Assembly: GCA_007123015.1 (NCBI GenBank)
Contig: SKSL01000205.1
Coordinates: 1-43,438 of the forward strand
From: Natronohydrobacter sp.
GTDB lineage: Bacteria > Pseudomonadota > Alphaproteobacteria > Rhodobacterales > Rhodobacteraceae
DNA: 43,438 nucleotides
Direction: 5' to 3'
The notes under the pieces were generated by a model. It had not been told where the DNA came from, searched no databases, and was given only the letters and a program-made list of their open reading frames with translations. The position numbers and the translations under genes are program-made. Positions 36,055 to 43,438 of this stretch are shown piece after piece (the first letter of the stretch is position 1; each line of letters starts with the position of its first letter).

Positions 36055-36924
36055 GTGAGTAAGATGCGTGCGATTTCCGCCTTGGCATTGGTCGGGACAC
36101 TGGGTTTCCTGAGCGCCTGTGAAACAGCCGCGCCCTATTCCAATATCATCGACACGACTGGGCGGGGTGTGGGCTTCAGCGATTACGCGCAATATCTGCG
36201 CGCGCAGGAAGAACTCTCGCGTATTCGTCGCGCGCAGGCCGCGCAGGCCCAAGCAATGCCCAGAACACAGGTTGCCTCTGCGCCTCAATCCGCACAATCA
36301 AGCACGATCGGACAAGAGGCGGTCGCGTCGGTCCGCTCTGCATCACCCTCTGCGCTGCCGCCCGGGCCCGGCATGCAGTCCGCGCCAGTGACCCAACAGG
36401 TTCTGCCGCCCGCCGCCTCGTCACAGGCGACCGCGCCGCTGGCTGCGCCCAACCAGACAGCGCCCAGCCAGACATCGCAGGCTTCCGCGCCTCAAGCCAC
36501 CCCGGCCCCGGCGGCGACTGCCCCGTCTTCTGCAGCTGTCAGTGAGCAGGGTTTCACACCGCAGTCTTTTGGGACAGTGCAGCAGAATACTCTGGTCGAG
36601 CGCGATTTCGTCCCTCAAGTCCGCGTGTCAGAGGCTGAGCTGGCGCAAGGCGCGGGTGGGCCGAATCTTTTCGTTTATGCGCTCTCGACGCAGCATAATG
36701 TCGGCGATACGCGCTATAACCGCAACCATCCCCTGCGCTGGCGGCGCTGGGAAACGGCTTGTGCGCAATTTCCGAGCCAGGATCTTGCGCAGGAAGCCTT
36801 CCTTGCTGCAGGCGGCCCGGAAAATGATCCCAACAATCTGGACCCGGATGGGGACGGCTTTGCCTGCTGGTGGGACCCTGCGCCCTTCCGTCAGGCTGCA
36901 CGCACTGCGCGGGCACGCGAGTAA
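36055..36924 (+). CDS. Lipoprotein with Ala/Pro/Ser/Gln linker and C-terminal Excalibur-like Ca-binding motif
   Basis: Lipobox LSAC; low-complexity middle; C-terminal CAQF...LDPDGDGFAC. Confidence 0.75.
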   Translation: MSKMRAISALALVGTLGFLSACETAAPYSNIIDTTGRGVGFSDYAQYLRAQEELSRIRRAQAAQAQAMPRTQVASAPQSAQSSTIGQEAVASVRSASPSALPPGPGMQSAPVTQQVLPPAASSQATAPLAAPNQTAPSQTSQASAPQATPAPAATAPSSAAVSEQGFTPQSFGTVQQNTLVERDFVPQVRVSEAELAQGAGGPNLFVYALSTQHNVGDTRYNRNHPLRWRRWETACAQFPSQDLAQEAFLAAGGPENDPNNLDPDGDGFACWWDPAPFRQAARTARARE

Positions 36925-36954
36925 GCGCGCAAAGCGCGCGCGCGGCGTTTGAAC

Positions 36955-37596
36955 ATGGAGTGGCATCCTTCGCCGAATTTCGGACCCCGGCGCGCGGGCC
37001 TGCGCCCTTCGATGATCGTACTGCATTACACTGGCATGCGCGGGGCAGAAGATGCGTTGGCGCGTTTGTGCGATCCGGCGGCAGAGGTTTCGGCGCATTA
37101 CATGATCGGGACCTGTGGCAGGCTCTGGCAGATGGTGCCCGATGAGATGCGGGCCTGGCATGCAGGGGCAGGGGCTTGGCGCGGGTTGCAGGATATCAAT
37201 TCGCGCTCGATCGGTGTTGAGCTGGTGAATTCAGGGACGCAGCCTTTCGCGCAGCCCCAGATGGAGCGATTAGAGCAGCTTCTGACATCTCTGATGCAGC
37301 GATGGCAGATCCCGGCACAGGCCGTGATTGCCCATTCCGACATGGCCCCGGACCGCAAGGACGACCCTGGTCCGAAATTCGATTGGCCGCGTCTGGCCCG
37401 GCAAGCTCTGGCCTTCTGGCCAGAGGGGTATGGCCCGGACCTGCCGCTTGCGCGCAGCCTAGACACGATAGGCTATCCGCCCGCAGCGGCAGAAAAACGG
37501 CTGCAAGCCTTTCGCGCGCGCTTCCTGCCCTTTGCCCAAGGCGATGAAAGCGCGCTTGACCGCCGCCGCGCAGCCTGCGTGGCAGCCGCGCTCTGA
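36955..37596 (+). CDS. N-acetylmuramoyl-L-alanine amidase (Amidase_2, AmpD/AmiD-like)
   Basis: SPNF, VLHYT, VSAHY, RAWHAG, NSRSIGVE, AHSD..P.RK.DPG. Confidence 0.92.
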   Translation: MEWHPSPNFGPRRAGLRPSMIVLHYTGMRGAEDALARLCDPAAEVSAHYMIGTCGRLWQMVPDEMRAWHAGAGAWRGLQDINSRSIGVELVNSGTQPFAQPQMERLEQLLTSLMQRWQIPAQAVIAHSDMAPDRKDDPGPKFDWPRLARQALAFWPEGYGPDLPLARSLDTIGYPPAAAEKRLQAFRARFLPFAQGDESALDRRRAACVAAAL

Positions 37597-37609
37597 AACC
37601 GGGTCTGGT

Positions 37610-37674
37610 TTTCATCCTTGTTCAAATATCCGCGGGGGGACCAGCCCACAGGGCTGGTGGGGGCGGCAGCCCCC
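37610..37674 (-). repeat. Extragenic double-hairpin repeat, copy 3
   Basis: Minus strand GGGGGCTGCCGCCCCC-ACCAGCCCTGTGGGCTGGT-CCCCCCGCGGATATTTGAACAAGGATGAAA; tail 26/29 identical to copy 1. Confidence 0.8.
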
Positions 37675-37683
37675 GCCTTGGAC

Positions 37684-38220
37684 TTATCTGATCTGGCGCA
37701 GCGCACGCGACAAGTCGTCGTAGAGCGTCGCGCGTTCTTCAGGGCTCAGAAATGCACCCAGTTCCACCACACGCCCGGCCCCTTCAAGCGTCAGGTAATT
37801 CTCGACCCGGGCGCCTTTCTCGGTCAGGTTCAGACGCACCCAATAGGGATTGGCCTGCCAATGCTGTTCAGGCGCACGGGGGTTGATGCGCCGGATCTCG
37901 ATATGCTCGCGTGTCAGTTGCATCTCTTCGCGCAGTCGCCGACGGTCCTGGCTGTTGCGTTGCAGCGCATACCACAGCCCCCAGAGCGCAAGCGCTGCAA
38001 AAGGCAGCAAGCCCCATAGCACAGGGGTTCCCAGGACGCCGATCATGGGCAGCGCCAGAAAGCCGGCGCTGATCGCGATCACGCGCGCAAAGCCCTGATT
38101 GCCCATCGACAGATTGGGGGTCAGCGACAGGTGGTATTCGGCATTCTCGGCCTTCGCCAAGGCGAAGGCCCCGGGTGTTGAACCCGGGGCCTGTGGTGTG
38201 ATTTCCCAGTAAACGGGCAT
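37684..38220 (-). CDS. DUF2244-like membrane protein
   Basis: LTPNLSM, two TM helices, WQANPYWVR, VELGAFLSPEER; directly downstream of ctaD. Confidence 0.82.
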   Translation of the reverse strand: MPVYWEITPQAPGSTPGAFALAKAENAEYHLSLTPNLSMGNQGFARVIAISAGFLALPMIGVLGTPVLWGLLPFAALALWGLWYALQRNSQDRRRLREEMQLTREHIEIRRINPRAPEQHWQANPYWVRLNLTEKGARVENYLTLEGAGRVVELGAFLSPEERATLYDDLSRALRQIR

Positions 38221-38234
38221 CCTGGGGCCGTGCG

Positions 38235-39947
38235 TCAGGCGCTGCCGGGTTTCGCTGCTTCCGGGATCAGCGGATCACGCTCGCCAACCCGTTGCTTGTC
38301 CCAGTCCTCGCGCTTTGGCAATTGCTCGAAAGTGTGCTCGGGCGGGGGTGAGGGCAGGGTCCATTCCAGCGTATCGGCATGCTCGTTCCAGTAGTTCTTC
38401 TCTGTCACGCGTGCACCATAGCGCAGCGTGTAGAACACGACCCCGATGAAGAACAGGAAGGACGCAAAGCTGATGAAGGCCCCGATCGAGCTGACATAGT
38501 TCCACAACGCATAGGCTTCCGGGTAGTCGATATAGCGCCGTGGCATGCCCTGACGGCCCAGGAAATGCTGCGGGAAGAAGGTGATATTCGCGCCGATGAA
38601 CATCATCCAGAAATGCACCTTGCCCGCCCATTCCGGATACTGACGGCCCGACATCTTTCCCATCCAGTAATAGATGCCGGCAAAGAGCGCGAAGACGGCC
38701 CCCAATGACATCACATAATGGAAATGGGCTACGACATAATAAGTGTCATGGTAGATCCGGTCGATCGGTGCCTGGCTCAGGACCAGCCCGGTGACCCCGC
38801 CCACCGTGAACAGGAACAAGAAGCCAAAGGCCCAGAGCATGGGGGTCTCGAAGCTGACCGACCCTTTCCACATCGTCGCGATCCATGAGAAAATCTTGAT
38901 CCCCGTCGGCACTGCGATCACCATGGTCGCCAGCATGAAATAGGTCTGCTGCGTGACCGACATGCCCACAGTGTACATATGGTGCGCCCAGACGATGAAG
39001 CCCAGCACTGCAATCGCGATCATTGCCCAGACCATCGGCAGATAGCCAAAGACCGGTTTGCGCGAGAAGGTCGCGATGATGTGGCTGATGATGCCAAAAC
39101 CGGGGATGATGATGATATACACTTCCGGGTGTCCGAAGAACCACAGGATGTGCTGGTAGAGAATCGGGTCCCCACCCCCGGCCGGATCGAAGAAGGTGGT
39201 GCCAAAATTCCGGTCGGTCAGCAGCATGGTGATTGCCCCCGCCAGAACAGGCAGCGCCAGCAGGATCATCCAGGCTGTGATGAAGACCGACCATGCGAAA
39301 AGCGGCACTTTGAACAGGGTCATCCCGGGCGCACGCATGTTCAGGAAGGTCGTGATGATATTGATCGCACCCAGGATCGAAGACGCCCCGGACACATGCA
39401 CTGCGAAAATCGCCAGATCCAGCGAGTAGCCGGATTCGCGCGTCGACAGGGGTGGATACAGCACCCAGCCGACCCCAGAGCCCAGCTGTCCATTACCCCC
39501 CGGTGAAAACACCGAAGCCACGGCGAGCGCCGAGCCTGCCACGAACAGCCAGTAGCTGAGATTGTTCAGACGCGGGAAGGCCATGTCCGGTGCACCGATA
39601 TGCAGCGGCATGAAGTAGTTGCCAAAGCCACCGAACAGCGCCGGGATAAGCACGAAGAACATCATCAGGATGCCATGGGCCGTGACCAGAACATTCCAGA
39701 TATGGCCATTGGGCGTGCACTCTTCCTGTGCGCGGAGGCTTGCCCCTTCCATGCACATATATTGAACGCCAGGTTCCATAAGCTCCATGCGCATGTAGAC
39801 CGAAAAGGCCACTGCGATGAAGCCGACGATCCCGGCAGTGAAGAGGTAGAGGATCCCGATATCCTTGTGGTTCGTGGACATGAACCAGCGGGTGAAGAAG
39901 GACCGTGTGTCCTCGTGCCCGTGGTCATGGGTGGCTGCGTCGGCCAT
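38235..39947 (-). CDS. ctaD: aa3-type cytochrome c oxidase subunit I
   Basis: [25 protein letters not shown] (A1 type), WAHHM, AHFHY, GMPRRY. Confidence 0.98.
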   Translation of the reverse strand: MADAATHDHGHEDTRSFFTRWFMSTNHKDIGILYLFTAGIVGFIAVAFSVYMRMELMEPGVQYMCMEGASLRAQEECTPNGHIWNVLVTAHGILMMFFVLIPALFGGFGNYFMPLHIGAPDMAFPRLNNLSYWLFVAGSALAVASVFSPGGNGQLGSGVGWVLYPPLSTRESGYSLDLAIFAVHVSGASSILGAINIITTFLNMRAPGMTLFKVPLFAWSVFITAWMILLALPVLAGAITMLLTDRNFGTTFFDPAGGGDPILYQHILWFFGHPEVYIIIIPGFGIISHIIATFSRKPVFGYLPMVWAMIAIAVLGFIVWAHHMYTVGMSVTQQTYFMLATMVIAVPTGIKIFSWIATMWKGSVSFETPMLWAFGFLFLFTVGGVTGLVLSQAPIDRIYHDTYYVVAHFHYVMSLGAVFALFAGIYYWMGKMSGRQYPEWAGKVHFWMMFIGANITFFPQHFLGRQGMPRRYIDYPEAYALWNYVSSIGAFISFASFLFFIGVVFYTLRYGARVTEKNYWNEHADTLEWTLPSPPPEHTFEQLPKREDWDKQRVGERDPLIPEAAKPGSA

Positions 39948-40086
39948 TGGCTACTCCAGTTCCCGGTTCCCGTTGCGATTTTCCGCAACTGTTCTTGTCG
40001 TATGCCGGATACGGCGAATCCGTCCGGCCCTGTGGCGTGACGACACGCTCCTCTCACAGAGCTGTGTCCCACAGTATACTTCGCTT

Positions 40087-40875
40087 TTAGGATGTGTCTT
40101 TTTGCAGAGCAATGCTCGAGTCGTCGCAGGCCGAATTTTTTTGATTCAGATCAAGCCAAGGGTGTTCTGGGCAAGGTGTCGAAGCCTGCTGGCCTGCGCT
40201 GTCTTGCGCCCCGGCCCCAAAGACCTGATGAAATGCCGTCATCAGCGCCAGGTCCACATCTTCCATCGTGACCGGCAGGCCCAGATCCACCAGCGATGTG
40301 ACCCCATGTTCGTGGATGCCGCAAGGCACGATCCCGTCGAAATGGCTCAGATCCGGCTCGACATTGATCGAAAGCCCATGGAAGCTAACCCAGCGGCGCA
40401 ATTTGATGCCAATGGCGGCGATCTTGTCCTCGCGCGGGCTGCCATCGGCCAGGGGGGGCTTGTCGGGGCGCGTGACCCAGACTCCGACCCGGCCCGCGCG
40501 GCGCTCACCTTGCACTCCGAATTCGGCCAGAGTCGCGATGACCCAGGCTTCCATCTGATACACGAAGCAGCGCACATCGCGCCCGCGCTGGTTCAGGTCA
40601 AGCATGGCATAGACCACGCGCTGGCCGGGACCGTGATAGGTGTATTGACCACCGCGTCCGGCATGAAAGACAGGAAAGCGGTCTGGTGCAGTCAAATCCG
40701 CCGGGTTGGCGCTGGTCCCGGCTGTGTAGAGCGGGGGGTGTTCCAGCAGCCAGATCGCCTCTCGGGCGGTGCCCGCGCTGATGGATGCGACGCGCGCTTC
40801 CATGTTTGCCAAGGTCTCGGCATAGTCTGACAGACCGAGCAGGACATTCCATTCCGGTGCGGGCATCTGTGGCAT
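40087..40875 (-). CDS. lipB: Lipoyl(octanoyl) transferase
   Basis: [40 protein letters not shown]; start ATG 40875 or 40866. Confidence 0.95.
   Translation of the reverse strand: MPQMPAPEWNVLLGLSDYAETLANMEARVASISAGTAREAIWLLEHPPLYTAGTSANPADLTAPDRFPVFHAGRGGQYTYHGPGQRVVYAMLDLNQRGRDVRCFVYQMEAWVIATLAEFGVQGERRAGRVGVWVTRPDKPPLADGSPREDKIAAIGIKLRRWVSFHGLSINVEPDLSHFDGIVPCGIHEHGVTSLVDLGLPVTMEDVDLALMTAFHQVFGAGAQDSAGQQASTPCPEHPWLDLNQKNSACDDSSIALQKDTS
40141..40154. promoter_or_regulatory. FNR/FnrL box upstream of ctaD
   Basis: Perfect TTGAT-TCAG-ATCAA about 194 nt upstream of the ctaD ATG. Confidence 0.78.
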
Positions 40876-40879
40876 GGGG

Positions 40880-41662
40880 TCAGCCTTGCTTCTGGGGCAG
40901 CAATCCTGCGGCCCGAATGGAGGGCAAATGGCGTCGGCTGACCGGGATTTCCAGCCCAGCACGCATTTCAAGGCGCGCGCCATCGCCGCGCCGCTCGGCG
41001 CTCTGAACCTGCGCCAATGCTACCCAATGCGAGCGATGCACCTGCATCCCGCGCACAGGCGCAGTTTCGGCAATCGCATCGGCCAGCCGCATCAGCACCA
41101 ATTCGCGGCCCGCGTCAGTGATCACCTCGACATAATGATCGGTCGCTGTCAGCGCGACAAGTGCCCCGCGCTTGTCGAGCGGCAGACGCTTGAGCAGGGC
41201 AGGCTGGTCAGACCCCTGTTCATCGCGCGGATGCGGATAGAGTGCACGCAGACCCAACACGATCCAGGACACGACAAAGGCTGCCAGACCGCCTGCACCG
41301 GCGAGATGTCGGGGACCGTCTTGTGCCCCGAGGAACGGCCACGACCAGATCCAGAGAAGTGCCAGCACCGCCAGCCCGATGATCCCCCCGCCGCGCAGGA
41401 TTTGCAGGATCAGTGGCAAGCGGCTGCGCGCGTCCATGGGGTCGAGCAGCAGCAGCGTCACCGCGCTGCCCAGGGCGTAAGTTCCAAAGACTATGCCGCT
41501 CCAATAGATCAACCGGGGCAGAGTGGCGAGCGACTCGAAACTGCCAAATGGCCCGGACAGGCCCAGCGCAAGAGCGATTCCCGCCTGTGTGGCCAGCACA
41601 AAAGGCGCGCTCAGATGGGTCCGCAAGTCGCGCAGCGCGAATGACGATATGCGGTCGGTCAC
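40880..41662 (-). CDS. Membrane-anchored LytTR-family transcriptional regulator
   Basis: GTG after GGAGAGG; about four TM helices (GPFGS...RLIYW), then LytTR domain ATDHYVEV...MRLADAI...QVHRSHWVA...IPVSR. Confidence 0.88.
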   Translation of the reverse strand: MTDRISSFALRDLRTHLSAPFVLATQAGIALALGLSGPFGSFESLATLPRLIYWSGIVFGTYALGSAVTLLLLDPMDARSRLPLILQILRGGGIIGLAVLALLWIWSWPFLGAQDGPRHLAGAGGLAAFVVSWIVLGLRALYPHPRDEQGSDQPALLKRLPLDKRGALVALTATDHYVEVITDAGRELVLMRLADAIAETAPVRGMQVHRSHWVALAQVQSAERRGDGARLEMRAGLEIPVSRRHLPSIRAAGLLPQKQG

Positions 41663-41785
41663 GAAGCCTCTCCGGTTGCTGGCGAAGTTGCGCTTGCTGG
41701 CGCAAGGCCGCTTCAGATCTGGTGTTAGCACATCGCAACGCAGCGGGCCAAGTCGGGCCGTTGCACAGATATCAGGACGCACCAG

Positions 41786-42316
41786 ATGACCCTCGATCCC
41801 TTGCTCACATCCGCCCCGTTGATCCAATTTCACACCATCGCAGCGCTCATTGCCTTTGTTCTGGGTCCCGTGGCAATCCTGCGCCGACGTCGCGACCGGC
41901 TTCATCGCGTGATCGGGTATTCTTGGGTGACAGCCATGGCGGTAGCTGCCGCGACAGCGCTTGGTATTTCCGAGCTTCGCATGATCGGCCCGGTTTCGCC
42001 CATCCATGGCCTGTCTTTGCTGGTCGGGGTCGTGCTGTGGCGCGGGCTGCGTGCAATCCGGGCCGGGCGGGTCGTGGATCACGGGCGGATGATGGCCCAA
42101 CTCTACATCTGGTCGATGGGGGTGGCCGGGCTGTTTACGCTTCTGCCGGGGCGGCGGATGCATCTGGTTTTGCTCGACGGGACAGGCTGGGCCGGATTTG
42201 GTGCGGCGGCCTGTTTGTTCGGGCTGGGCGCGCTTCTTCTTTGGCGCGCGCAGCCGGTCCAGCAGGGGCAGGATCACCCGCATTTTCCTCTTTTCAACGA
42301 CAAAGCGAGTCGCTAG
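41786..42316 (+). CDS. DUF2306-like membrane protein
   Basis: IQFH...LHRVIGYSW...SPIHGLS...H..MM...GLFTLLPGRRM; divergent from the LytTR gene. Confidence 0.8.
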   Translation: MTLDPLLTSAPLIQFHTIAALIAFVLGPVAILRRRRDRLHRVIGYSWVTAMAVAAATALGISELRMIGPVSPIHGLSLLVGVVLWRGLRAIRAGRVVDHGRMMAQLYIWSMGVAGLFTLLPGRRMHLVLLDGTGWAGFGAAACLFGLGALLLWRAQPVQQGQDHPHFPLFNDKASR

Positions 42317-42335
42317 AAGAACCCGTACATGACGT

Positions 42336-42422
42336 GCGGTCGTGGCGGAATTGGTAGACGCGCAGCGTTGAGGTCGCTGTGGGGTAACTCCCGTGGAAGT
42401 TCGAGTCTTCTCGACCGCACCA
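42336..42422 (+). tRNA. tRNA-Leu (GAG)
   Basis: Acceptor GCGGTCG/CGACCGC, anticodon stem CAGCG/CGCTG with loop TTGAGGT, long variable arm, GTTCGAG, encoded CCA. Confidence 0.97.
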
Positions 42423-42429
42423 TGTCTTC

Positions 42430-42466
42430 CCCTTTATGGTTGTCCAAACCCTTTATGGTTGTCAAA
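42430..42466. repeat. Tandem direct repeat downstream of tRNA-Leu
   Basis: CCCTTTATGGTTGTC at 42430-42444 and 42449-42463 (19-bp period). Confidence 0.8.
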
Positions 42467-42702
42467 GCGGCGTCGCAAACGCTACGCCAAGGCGCAGATA
42501 CGGGTATGTTTCGAAGGAGAAATGCCCGTGTGTCTGTCGCTCTCCAGCATAAAGTCCTGAAATATATCTGCTATGCAGAAAATATAAGCGTATTCGCATC
42601 GATCCGGATCGTATTCCAGTTATTGGTTGCAATGCGAGGACGGCTTGGTTTTACTATCTACATCGCAAGAGCGGAATACCGCCGACATACAGGGAGATCA
42701 GC

Positions 42703-43438
42703 GTGGTCGCAGCACAGCAGCGCGACGGGTTCGTCGTATTTGACGGAGTTCAGAAGAGCTACGATGGGGAAACGCTGGTCGTCAAAGACCTCAACCTTTC
42801 GGTGTCGAAGGGTGAATTCCTCACCATGCTCGGGCCATCTGGGTCAGGCAAGACCACCTGTCTGATGATGCTGGCCGGATTCGAGACTGCGACCAATGGG
42901 GAGATCATGCTCGATGGGCGACCGATCAATTCGGTGCCACCCCATAAGCGCGGGATCGGAATGGTGTTCCAGAATTATGCGCTGTTCCCGCACATGACCG
43001 TCGGCGAAAATCTTGGCTTCCCGCTGGAAGTGCGCGGGCTGGGCAAGTCCGACCGTGAAAAGAAAATCATGCGCGCGCTCGACATGGTGCAGATGGGTGC
43101 CTTCGTGAACCGGCGTCCTGCACAGCTGTCCGGCGGCCAGCAACAGCGGATCGCACTGGCGCGGGCGCTGGTCTTCGAGCCGGAACTCGTTCTGATGGAT
43201 GAACCGCTCGGCGCGCTGGACAAGCAGCTGCGCGAACATATGCAATTCGAGATCACCCGTCTGGCGCATGATCTTGGCATTACCACAGTTTATGTGACGC
43301 ATGACCAGACCGAAGCGCTGACCATGTCGGATAACGTCGCCGTCTTCGATGACGGGCGGATTCAGCAGCTCGATCCGCCTGATGTGTTGTATGAAGAGCC
43401 GTGTAATAGTTTCGTGGCGCAATTCATCGGCGAGAACA
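42703..43438 (+). CDS. PotA-like polyamine/amine ABC transporter ATP-binding protein, 3' truncated by the window (absent from the ORF track)
   Basis: GTG after AGGGAG; reads MVAAQQRDGFVVFDGVQKSYDG...GPSGSGKTT...VFQNYALFPH...LSGGQQQR...LMDEPLGALDK. Confidence 0.9.
   Translation, partial: MVAAQQRDGFVVFDGVQKSYDGETLVVKDLNLSVSKGEFLTMLGPSGSGKTTCLMMLAGFETATNGEIMLDGRPINSVPPHKRGIGMVFQNYALFPHMTVGENLGFPLEVRGLGKSDREKKIMRALDMVQMGAFVNRRPAQLSGGQQQRIALARALVFEPELVLMDEPLGALDKQLREHMQFEITRLAHDLGITTVYVTHDQTEALTMSDNVAVFDDGRIQQLDPPDVLYEEPCNSFVAQFIGEN

Noticed and set aside
34262-39947. Missing gatB and missing oxidase subunits II/III as pathway loss
   Set aside because: These genes are commonly encoded elsewhere in this group; absence from a 43-kb window is uninformative
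41663-42283. N-terminal 207 codons of the 467-aa LytTR ORF
   Set aside because: Overlaps the DUF2306-like gene on the opposite strand; GTG 41662 has a good SD and gives a coherent protein
42430-42466. Possible CRISPR remnant
   Set aside because: Only two 15-bp units with a 4-nt gap, no spacers and no cas genes
42329-42865. 178-aa ORF across tRNA-Leu
   Set aside because: Runs through the tRNA and out of frame over the ABC ATPase start

Overview
GC-rich core-chromosome segment of an alphaproteobacterium; gene content, tRNA-His type and repeat families point to Rhodobacteraceae. No integrase, transposase, prophage or CRISPR was seen. Order: ntrX (partial)-trkA-trkH-hfq-hflX; lpxC-bamD-recN; two small proteins; tRNA-His; nadD-dacB; accC-accB (minus). 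Next comes a signalling cassette (XRE/ScfR-type regulator, single-domain receiver, small 2-TM protein, SLC5-fused histidine kinase), then a complete reductive pyrimidine catabolism locus (preT, preA, rutR-like, serine hydrolase, ureidopropionase, hydA, ABC transporter) with RutR boxes. The remainder is pepN, a CAP protein, gatC-gatA, an Excalibur-like lipoprotein, an AmpD-like amidase, DUF2244-like, ctaD with an FNR box, lipB, a membrane LytTR/DUF2306-like divergent pair, tRNA-Leu and a partial PotA-like ATPase. Best novelty candidate: the XRE/ScfR regulator contains an internal segment that aligns without gaps to the DHp (HisKA) domain of the neighbouring transporter-kinase, including the phosphoacceptor His. 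This suggests a transporter-kinase -> stand-alone receiver -> DHp-bearing transcription factor relay (inference). Also notable: GTAG-type REPs that supply the stop codons of two pyrimidine genes, a three-copy double-hairpin repeat family, a probable CTG start for hflX, and a structured leader complementary to the CCUCCUCCC sRNA motif. All family calls come from manual motif recognition; no database search was run.
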